A stretch of 64,000 nt of DNA from an uncultured Ruminococcus sp. (GTDB lineage Bacteria; Bacillota; Clostridia; Lachnospirales; Lachnospiraceae): the NCBI GenBank assembly GCA_946494335.1, contig CAMMBV010000016.1, forward strand, positions 847 through 64,846. Reading direction: 5' to 3'. Below the pieces are notes generated by a model. The model did not search any database and was not told where the DNA came from. It was given only the letters and a program-made list of their open reading frames with translations. The number at the start of each line of letters is the position of its first letter. Position 1 is the stretch's first letter. A program made the position numbers and the translations under genes. Below, in pieces: positions 31,888 through 38,966 of this stretch.

Positions 31888-32842
31888 ACACAGGAAACTG
31901 TCATTTTCAGAGTTTTACGTGAAATATGGAACACTTTTTATTTTTATTGTTATCTTTGTTATTGCAGCAATTCTCAACAACAGATTTTTGACGGTAAATA
32001 ATATCACAAATATTCTAAGACAGAACACAGTATATGCAATTTTGGCGTTTGGAGCTACATTTGTCATAATCCTAGGCCATATCAATGTTTCTTATGGAAC
32101 GGTTGCAGCGCTGGCAGGCTGCGTTGCGGCGATGGTTGCAAGAAACACGGGGAGTATGACGTTGGCAGTGCTTGCCGCGGTTGCTGTGGGTCTGACGGCA
32201 GGAGTGATCAATGGTTTTTTTGTCACCAAATTTCAAGTCCCGGCTTTTATTGTGACGCTGGCCATGCAGTCCATGGCACAGGGATTTGTTTTCCTGTTTA
32301 CCAACGCCAAGCCGATTACCGGTCTGCCGGATACTTTTAAAATAGCGGGCCAGGGTACTATAGGTTTTATACCCGTTCCAGTTATCATCATGATTCTGTT
32401 TTTCGGCTTTTCCTGGGTGCTTCTCAATAAAACGAAATATGGACGATATGTTTATGCGGTGGGTGGAAATATAAACGCAGCTCAGGTATCGGGAATACGC
32501 ACAAAGAATATTGTCCGTCTGGCTTTTATTTTCGATGGTATCCTTACCGGAATTGCAGGAGTCATCCTAATGTCCCGCATTAACTCCGGGTACCCATCCG
32601 CCGGCGAAGGATACGAATTTGATGCGATTACAGCTGTTGTTGTGGGAGGAACAAGCTTGTCGGGCGGTATAGGAACGATGACCGGTACTTTCGTTGGAGC
32701 TCTTATTGTCGGTATCATTAATAATATTCTAAATTTGATGAATGTTAATACATACTGGCAGTATGCAGTCCGTGGATTCATTATTTTGATTGCGGTAGTT
32801 GCTGATATCTTAAGCAAAGGAATAAATAAACGCAATAATTAG
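31880..32842 (+). CDS. Sugar ABC transporter permease (RbsC-type)
   Basis: 320-aa polytopic protein. Its start overlaps the ATPase stop by 8 nt. Confidence 0.85.
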   Translation: MDKHRKLSFSEFYVKYGTLFIFIVIFVIAAILNNRFLTVNNITNILRQNTVYAILAFGATFVIILGHINVSYGTVAALAGCVAAMVARNTGSMTLAVLAAVAVGLTAGVINGFFVTKFQVPAFIVTLAMQSMAQGFVFLFTNAKPITGLPDTFKIAGQGTIGFIPVPVIIMILFFGFSWVLLNKTKYGRYVYAVGGNINAAQVSGIRTKNIVRLAFIFDGILTGIAGVILMSRINSGYPSAGEGYEFDAITAVVVGGTSLSGGIGTMTGTFVGALIVGIINNILNLMNVNTYWQYAVRGFIILIAVVADILSKGINKRNN

Positions 32843-32863
32843 TAAAAAGGAGGAAATGTATCT

Positions 32864-33877
32864 ATGAAGACAAGAAAAAGGGTAATGGCATTGTTATTTG
32901 CAGTGGTGATATTTGCAGGCATCTTTTCCGGCTGCTCATCTTCTGAAAATGAGGGAGCGAACCAGTCGGAAGCCGAAACGGCGGATGAAACAGCAAATGA
33001 GGAAAAAGCGGGTGATACCTGGCTTGTAGGTTATTCAAATCTCTCTGATGCGGATGAATTTAATGTTCAGACGAAAAACTTTTTCATGGCGGCGGATGAA
33101 CAAGATGATCGGTTTGAGGCGATTTATGCAGATGCTGCCAATGATGTGGCAAAACAAATTGAGCAGGTTGAAAATTTTATAACCCAGGGAGTAGACGCTA
33201 TTATATTGCTGCCTGTGGATTATGACGGCGCCGTTCCGGCAGTGGAAGCTGCCAACAGTGCGGGCATACCGGTTATTTGTGTCGGAATTGAGGCGAATTG
33301 TGACGGTTTTGTATATGCAGGAACCTCTCATAAAGAAGCTGGTATGCAACAGGGCGAATATGCTTGTGAATATCTGCCGGAAAATGCGCAGATTGTTTAT
33401 ATGAGCGGTACTCCAGGCATGTATCATTCTACACAAAGGTGGGAAGGTTTTAAGGAGACGTGCCTTGACAAAAGAGACGATATCACTGTGCTTGCAGAGC
33501 AGACAGGGAATTATCTGCGTGATGAAGCCATGGTAGTGATGGAAGACTGGCTTCAGGCATACGATCATATAGACGGGGTTGTCTGTGCCAATGACGCTAT
33601 GGCGCTGGGGGCGATTGAGGCAGTTAAAGCTGCTGGGAGAATGGATGAGATCTCTTTTATATCAGGTGTAGATGCAACTGAAGATGCATGCAATGCAATC
33701 AAAAACAACGAAATGACTCATTCGGCATTCCAGAGTGCACAAAAAAATGTAGATGCATGTATTGAACTTTTGGGAGCTTTGATGGACGGTACGCCTGTGG
33801 ATGAGTTGGAGGATATCATCGTGCCATATGAGGCAGTAACTATTGAAAATGTTGAGGAGTATCTTGCACTGTATTAA
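32864..33877 (+). CDS. Sugar ABC transporter substrate-binding lipoprotein
   Basis: Lipobox FSGCSS and a type-I periplasmic-binding fold (RbsB-like). Confidence 0.85.
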   Translation: MKTRKRVMALLFAVVIFAGIFSGCSSSENEGANQSEAETADETANEEKAGDTWLVGYSNLSDADEFNVQTKNFFMAADEQDDRFEAIYADAANDVAKQIEQVENFITQGVDAIILLPVDYDGAVPAVEAANSAGIPVICVGIEANCDGFVYAGTSHKEAGMQQGEYACEYLPENAQIVYMSGTPGMYHSTQRWEGFKETCLDKRDDITVLAEQTGNYLRDEAMVVMEDWLQAYDHIDGVVCANDAMALGAIEAVKAAGRMDEISFISGVDATEDACNAIKNNEMTHSAFQSAQKNVDACIELLGALMDGTPVDELEDIIVPYEAVTIENVEEYLALY

Positions 33878-33894
33878 ATAGGGAGGAGGTTGCT

Positions 33895-34698
33895 ATGGCA
33901 AAATTGACTCTGAAAGAATTAAGAGATATGAAAAAAGACCCTAATCACAGGAAGCTTATTGCGGTTAATACCGGAGAAATGTTTGTAGCGGCTGCTGCGG
34001 CAGAAGCTGGAGTGGATTATATCGGCTTTGGGATGGACAGACCGGTTGATATGGCAGTTCCCGAACTGCGGGAAGTCAGGAGGGTAGTACCGGATACACT
34101 TATCTGTACGCCGCTGTTTAAGGAGTCTTCCATATCCAGTGATGAAGCGGCGCTTCGTGATGCAGTCAGGCTGCTGGAAAATGGAGCAGATGTTATCTAC
34201 TGTACCGGTATGCCGATTGAAAGGATAAAATTACTGACGAAGCATCATATTCCCTGTGTGGGACATCTTGGGCTGAAACCGTATTTTGCAAGCTGGACCG
34301 GCGGATTCAGGGCAGTGGGAAAGACAGTGGAACAGGCGGAGGAGGTGTTCGAGGAGGCTATGGAACTTAATGAAGCCGGCGTGTTTTTTGCGGAAGTTGA
34401 GTGTGTTCCTCATCAGCTGGCGGATTACATTACAAAGAAGGTGGATTTTATCACATTATCCATGGGATCCGGTGCAGGCTGTGATGCACAATTTCTGTTT
34501 GCCTGTGATTTGCTGGGGGCAACGAATGTACATTATCCCCGTCACAGTAAAAAGTACGATGATTTTTATGGCAGATCTGTTGAAGTTTTCCGTCAGTTTA
34601 TTGTAGAGAGCAGCACTGGTGTATATCCGGCATCGGAGCATATGATTGAAATGCCAGAACATACATATAAAGAGTTTTTCTCAAAACATAGTTTTTAG
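33895..34698 (+). CDS. Divergent PanB-like (ketopantoate hydroxymethyltransferase / PEP-mutase-isocitrate-lyase superfamily) protein
   Basis: IPCVGHLGLKPY, VECVP and STGVYPASEH align with E. coli PanB VPVCGHLGLTPQ, LECVP and ESGVYPGEEH. The PanB VGDSLGM motif is replaced by IGFGMD. Confidence 0.6.
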   Translation: MAKLTLKELRDMKKDPNHRKLIAVNTGEMFVAAAAAEAGVDYIGFGMDRPVDMAVPELREVRRVVPDTLICTPLFKESSISSDEAALRDAVRLLENGADVIYCTGMPIERIKLLTKHHIPCVGHLGLKPYFASWTGGFRAVGKTVEQAEEVFEEAMELNEAGVFFAEVECVPHQLADYITKKVDFITLSMGSGAGCDAQFLFACDLLGATNVHYPRHSKKYDDFYGRSVEVFRQFIVESSTGVYPASEHMIEMPEHTYKEFFSKHSF

Positions 34699-34768
34699 AT
34701 TATGAAGACAGAATTGGTATAAAGAAGAAAAATGATTCGGGGAGAGTCGATGGTAATTTGCCGGATCG

Positions 34769-34847
34769 TACAGGCAGGAGGGTATGGCCTATAATGAAAG
34801 GAGAAGCGAATATAGAAGCAATGAAATCATTAAAAGACTTGACTTTA
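34769..34847 (+). pseudogene. Third, truncated copy of the Rpn-repeat promoter and first ~14 codons
   Basis: TACAGGCAGGAGGG..CCTATAATGAAAGGAGAAG..GAAGCAATGAAATCATTAAAAGACTTGACTTTA matches 36878-36955 and 47204-47281. The start codon is ATA instead of ATG, and homology stops after codon ~14. Confidence 0.7.
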
Positions 34848-34958
34848 GATGAATACTGATAAGGAAGTATCACAAGTAAACGAGTGCCTTTGGTAAAAAC
34901 GGCTCCTTTTTGGTAAGAATTCAGATATGATAATTCTTATCGAAAAGGAGTATTTTTT

Positions 34959-35111
34959 ATGGCAATAGCAAGGAAACAAATCCGACAGATTATCTCAGAA
35001 AACAACATCAATAGTGTTGCAGATGTGAGTGTTCCGGGGCTTCGTGGTTCCTCCGCATTTTTTGGTATTTATCTATTAGGACGATACATGAGTTTTGCTT
35101 CTAATAACTGA
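34959..35111 (+). pseudogene. IS256-family transposase N-terminal remnant
   Basis: MAIARKQIRQIISENNINSVADV resembles the IS256-type N-terminus (..IRQ.I.EN.I.S..D.). The frame then degenerates and stops after 50 codons. Confidence 0.45.
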
Positions 35112-35280
35112 CGGCTACATCGACCATACATTCATAGGCAGCTGAATGCCCGCCCATATAGCCCTTTTTGAGCAAATGACAATACACATCTTTTCTGCTC
35201 ACACCTGCGTTCAGCTCCTTTGCGATATCATCGTAAAATTACTCCATGCCGCTCCTAAGCCTCAGGCATTTTTTTACCGC

Positions 35281-35804
35281 TTTCCACAAGAGTCTGGACA
35301 AGAGGCTGCTTATAGTGCTTCCAGTAAGGCAATGCTGCTTACCTATTGGAATATAGGCAAACGAATTGTAGAACAGGAACTATTGGTATATGAAAGAGGC
35401 GATTGACGAGAGCTGGAGTTCAAGAACGTTAGACCGTAATATTAGTACGCAATAATGAAGATACCTATTTAGAGGGAGATTTAGAGTCCTCTATTCTTTC
35501 ACATATTAGAGATTTTTTGATGGAACTGGAAAGAGGATTTGCCTTTGTGGCTCGTCAACAGCACATTGCAACGGAAACCTCGGATTACTATCTTGATCTC
35601 GTTTTTTATAATATTGAACTTAAGTGCTATGTCCTAATCGATTTGAAGATGGGCAAAATTACTCATCAAGACGTGGGACAGATTGACATGTATGATGATT
35701 TAAAGCGAGGGCAGGGAGATAACCCTACCATTGGGATTCTGCTGTGTTCAGAAACAGATGAGGATATTGCGCTGCGAAAGCATGTGGGCGAGAATGAAAT
35801 CTGA
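35281..35804 (+). pseudogene. DUF1016/YhcG PD-(D/E)XK nuclease pseudogene (internally deleted and frameshifted)
   Basis: Three fragments in different frames. (1) MLLTYWNIGKRIVEQE. (2) ESWSSRTLDRNISTQ-stop-stop. (3) DLESSILSHIRDFLMELERGFAFVARQQHI...DLVFYNIELKCYVLIDLKMGKITHQDVGQ...DNPTIGILLC. Confidence 0.7.
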
Positions 35805-35991
35805 ATTGCTGTATGACCGTTATGATACGGATAAAAAGACTACGGATGAATTCAGGACGATCATCTGGAGATATTTCATCAGCTACTGGAATAACCTGAG
35901 AATTTGTGCCGCCAATGGAGGTTTACTTCCGATGCTCAAACGACAGCAATGCTATGATTCACTGAAAGCGGCAGCATAGGATACAAAATCC

Positions 35992-36285
35992 TTGAGGAAA
36001 ATATGTCAACTAATCTTGAGAAGACCAAACCGCCGTTACGAGAAGCACGACGGGGACCCGGCTGTACGCCGTAGGTACGGCAGGGCGTGGAAACGAATCC
36101 GTGACCGCTATGCATCAAGACATCCTTTTTGTGAGGAGTGCCAAAGGAAAGGACTGCTGCGCCCCGTGGAGGAGGTGCATCACAAGATGCCTTTATCCGA
36201 GAGAGACACACACGATGAGAGCAACCTGGTTTCCCTTTGCAAAGAATGTCATGCGAGAATCCATGCGGAGCGTGGCGACCGCTGA
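35992..36285 (+). CDS. Phage-type HNH endonuclease, probably 5'-truncated
   Basis: RYEKHDGDPAVRRRYGRAWKRIRDRY..HPFCEECQRKG...VHHK.PLSE..THDESNLVSLCKECHARIHAERG. The usual N-terminal Cys-rich segment is missing or out of frame (MSTNLEKTKPP.. lies in another frame). Confidence 0.6.
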   Translation: MRKICQLILRRPNRRYEKHDGDPAVRRRYGRAWKRIRDRYASRHPFCEECQRKGLLRPVEEVHHKMPLSERDTHDESNLVSLCKECHARIHAERGDR

Positions 36286-36293
36286 CACAACAA

Positions 36294-36322
36294 AAGCCAT
36301 CCCACTTAGGATGAGATGGCTT
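36294..36322 (+). terminator. Hairpin after the HNH remnant
   Basis: 8-bp perfect stem AAGCCATC / GATGGCTT followed by TGCTTT. Confidence 0.4.
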
Positions 36323-36399
36323 TGCTTTAGGTTTGGTGGGCAAGTATCCACTTCAATAGCCCGGAAGAAGGAATCTCTCCTAGGGATGATTCTTAACCA

Positions 36400-36604
36400 G
36401 ACCAAAGCAGAGACGGGACGCTTACTCGTGAATCTGGAATTGATAAAGGCAGGCTATCCGCCGATTGATATTAAATTTGCAGATAGGATTGCGTATTACA
36501 ATGCTTTTGGCGAGTATCATATAAAACATAATTTGGGAGCGATGGAAAAACTATTTGCAGGGTATGTGAATGAAAGGCTGGACAGTTATTTGGCAATGTT
36601 GTAG
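36400..36604 (+). pseudogene. Fic-family protein, C-terminal fragment
   Basis: ..TGRLLVNLELIKAGYPPIDIK..R..YY.A is the tail end of the HPFxDGNGRxxRLL Fic motif plus the downstream helix. The catalytic His and the N-terminal two thirds are absent. Confidence 0.6.
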
Positions 36605-36751
36605 AGGAGTGGGCAAATAATAAAGGTAGAAATTAATGAAGAAGTGTACCATCAGGCAGAGCAGATTTTGGCATTACCAAAGTGGATCTTGGAAGGAATT
36701 TGATTTCGGCCAGCTCCAGAGGAAGAACATGTACAGTCACTGAAAAACATA

Positions 36752-36780
36752 TTGCCAATTAGAAGTATGCATGGTACAAT
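36752..36780 (+). promoter_or_regulatory. Distal candidate promoter (P1) of Rpn copy A
   Basis: TTGCCA, a 17-nt spacer, then TGg-TACAAT. The predicted TSS (~36787) coincides with the first base of the high-identity repeat. Confidence 0.45.
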
Positions 36781-36786
36781 GGTATA

Positions 36787-36870
36787 AATCTCACTGCAGC
36801 AGTTCTGCTGCAAAATCCCAAACTATTTTAAATTCCAAGGGCCGCCCGAGGTCATACGGCGGATTGTTTT
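36787..36870 (+). ncRNA. Conserved leader / candidate small RNA upstream of Rpn copy A
   Basis: Hairpin GCAGCAG-TTC-TGCTGC, then hairpin CCGCC-N11-GGCGG followed by ATTGTTTT (terminator-like). The same layout is conserved at 47108-47196. Confidence 0.3.
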
Positions 36871-36874
36871 ATCC

Positions 36875-36903
36875 TTTACAGGCAGGAGGGTGTGTCCTAT
36901 AAT
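36875..36903 (+). promoter_or_regulatory. Proximal promoter (P2) of Rpn copy A
   Basis: TTTACA, a 17-nt spacer, then TATAAT (consensus -10), 17 nt upstream of the ATG. Confidence 0.6.
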
Positions 36904-36919
36904 GAAAGGAGAAGTGCAT

Positions 36920-37750
36920 ATGGAAGCAATGAAATCATTAAAAGACTTGACTTTATTGGACCGCTTTTTGTTTGCCGAGGTAATGGAAGACAGAAAAAGC
37001 CTGGAGGCCGTGCTGGAAATTATCCTGGGGCGTGAGGTGCTGTTGGACTGTCTGCCGCAGACGGAAAAAGAAAGAAGACAGTCGCCGCTGTACCGAAATA
37101 TCCGGCTGGATGTGTGGGGAGAGGATGAAGGATCCGTATTTGATCTGGAAGTTCAGAAAAAGAATACCAGAAACTTAAGCAAAAGAAGTCGGTTTTATCA
37201 GGGGTTGATAGACGGGAAACTGTTAAAACCAGGAGAGATTGACTTCGACGGAATGAGGGATTCTTATATCATTGTCATAGCACCTTTTGATCTGTTTGGG
37301 GAAGGAAGATACCAGTATACGTTTCGGATGCGGTGTGATGAAAACCCGAAGACAGCGCTGGAAGACGGCGCGGTGCGGATTTTTCTGAACACCCATGGAT
37401 CAAATCCGGAGGAGGTAAGTCCGGAGCTGGTGGAGCTTCTGAAGTTTATGGAGCACACCAACGATAAACCAAAAGGAGGTTATCAAAGCGGGCGGATTCG
37501 CGACCTGGACAGGCGGATCGGGAAGATCAAGAGCAGTGAAGAGATAGGGGTGAAATATATGCAGGCATGGGAAGAGAGAGAACTGGAAAAACGGGAAGCA
37601 CGCCAGGAGGGCGTGGAGATCGGAAAGAAGGAGATTCTGAGAAACCAGATCAGCAAGAAGCTTCAGAAAGGGAAAACCGTCAAAGAGATAGCAGAGGAAC
37701 TGGAAGAAACGCCGGAGGTTGTTGAAAGGCTGATAAACGAATTAAAATAA
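36920..37750 (+). CDS. Rpn-family PD-(D/E)XK nuclease / putative transposase, copy A
   Basis: 276 aa from MEAMKSLKDL. The nuclease core is RLDVWGEDEGSVFDLEVQKK (D...D/E-x-K type, TIGR01784-like). SD AAAGGAG. Confidence 0.75.
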   Translation: MEAMKSLKDLTLLDRFLFAEVMEDRKSLEAVLEIILGREVLLDCLPQTEKERRQSPLYRNIRLDVWGEDEGSVFDLEVQKKNTRNLSKRSRFYQGLIDGKLLKPGEIDFDGMRDSYIIVIAPFDLFGEGRYQYTFRMRCDENPKTALEDGAVRIFLNTHGSNPEEVSPELVELLKFMEHTNDKPKGGYQSGRIRDLDRRIGKIKSSEEIGVKYMQAWEERELEKREARQEGVEIGKKEILRNQISKKLQKGKTVKEIAEELEETPEVVERLINELK

Positions 37751-37860
37751 TGTTTGGCATCCGGTATTTTTAAACGGAATAAAATATTTCTGGCGGGGAT
37801 AGTTAATCTGCGGCCAATCCTACTATATAATCGTTATAAAAAGAAAGGGTGGTTGCAGAA

Positions 37861-38880
37861 ATGAACACAAACCGAAAACTAGTTACTACGCTGTTTCAGA
37901 AAATAATTGGACAGAAGAAAGCCAGATGCCGCTGCAGCAAGGATGAGACAGTAAAGAGTATTGCGCAGAGCTGGCTGGAAAATTCCAGCTTTCATCTGAA
38001 AGAATCGTCTTATATAAGATACCGGAACCTTGTCTGGAACCATATCCTGCCAGAGCTGGGGGAAATGAAGTTAAGTGAAGTGACGACGGAACGGGTGCGG
38101 GATCTGATCAGGCAGCTGCTGCGCAAAGGCCGGAAAGACGGCAGGGGAGGTCTTTCTGAGAAAATGGTAAAAGATATATTGGCTTTGCTGAAAACCATAT
38201 GCAGATATGCCGTTCAAAAAGGGTTTGAAGTGCCGTGCTGTTTTGAATTGGTGAAAATGAAATGTACGGAAGGACAGGTCCAGATTCTTGACAGAGAGGA
38301 GCGGACGGCGCTGGAAAGATTTCTGCTTCAGGATGACAGCCTGATAAAAACCGGTATTTTACTCAGTCTGTATATGGGACTGCGTCTGGGAGAGGTGTGT
38401 GCGCTGAAAAAAAGGCATATCATATATAAAGAAGAAATACTTCAGGTGCGTTCTACGATGCAGCGGATCCAGCAGCTGGAATGTACGGATGGGAGAAAAA
38501 CAAAAGTGATTGTCACTGCTCCTAAAAGCAGCAGTTCGGTCAGAGACATTCCTATCCCGCTGTTTTTGATGGAAAGACTGGAGCGGCTTCGGTTTGCACC
38601 GGAGGATTCTTACATATTAACGGGAAAGCCGGAACGTTTTATTGAGCCGAGAACCATGGAGAATAATTTTAAAAGATTTTTGAGAGAGTGCAGAATAACG
38701 GAAATTAATTATCATGCGCTTCGTCATACGTTTGCAACCCATTGCATAGAGAATGGTTTTGATGTAAAAACCCTCAGTGAAATCCTGGGGCATGCAAATG
38801 TGAATATCACATTAAACAGATATGTTCATTCTTCTATGGAAAGGAAAAAGGAAAATATGAAAAAACTTCAAGTTGGATGA
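37861..38880 (+). CDS. Tyrosine site-specific integrase
   Basis: N-terminal SAM-like domain. Catalytic residues appear intact: R in YMGLRLGE, HALRHTF (H-x-x-R), LGH, and Y in NRYVH. Confidence 0.85.
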   Translation: MNTNRKLVTTLFQKIIGQKKARCRCSKDETVKSIAQSWLENSSFHLKESSYIRYRNLVWNHILPELGEMKLSEVTTERVRDLIRQLLRKGRKDGRGGLSEKMVKDILALLKTICRYAVQKGFEVPCCFELVKMKCTEGQVQILDREERTALERFLLQDDSLIKTGILLSLYMGLRLGEVCALKKRHIIYKEEILQVRSTMQRIQQLECTDGRKTKVIVTAPKSSSSVRDIPIPLFLMERLERLRFAPEDSYILTGKPERFIEPRTMENNFKRFLRECRITEINYHALRHTFATHCIENGFDVKTLSEILGHANVNITLNRYVHSSMERKKENMKKLQVG

Positions 38881-38894
38881 AAATTAATTTATTC

Positions 38895-38924
38895 TTTACA
38901 GAAACAGAAAGTATGTTCTGTAAT
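38895..38924 (+). promoter_or_regulatory. Candidate promoter of the jet operon with an embedded inverted repeat
   Basis: TTTACA, an 18-nt spacer, then TGTAAT. ACAGAA...TTCTGT spans the spacer. Confidence 0.45.
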
Positions 38925-38966
38925 GGAAAAGGAAGCAAAGGGTGAAAAGCCAAGAGGAGCGGCATT

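Larger units (their letters stand above)
36787..37754 (+). repeat. Direct repeat, copy A (~0.97 kb: leader, promoter and Rpn-like gene)
   Basis: Collinear near-identity with 47108-48104. The first ~130 nt of the CDS are identical by eye. Homology ends 4 nt past the stop codon. Confidence 0.9.

Noticed and set aside
35146-35406. 86-aa ORF from the track in the degenerate region.
   Set aside because: It is a chimera. Its first part is antisense to an HTH-like remnant. Only its last ~17 residues (MLLTYWNIGKRIVEQE) match anything, namely the DUF1016 N-terminus. I treat it as part of the pseudogene, not a gene.
34699-38880. Intact prophage or ICE, suggested by the HNH endonuclease, integrase and Fic fragments.
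   Set aside because: There are no capsid, tail, terminase, replication or conjugation genes. Apart from the integrase and the Rpn gene, all pieces are truncated, so these are remnants only.
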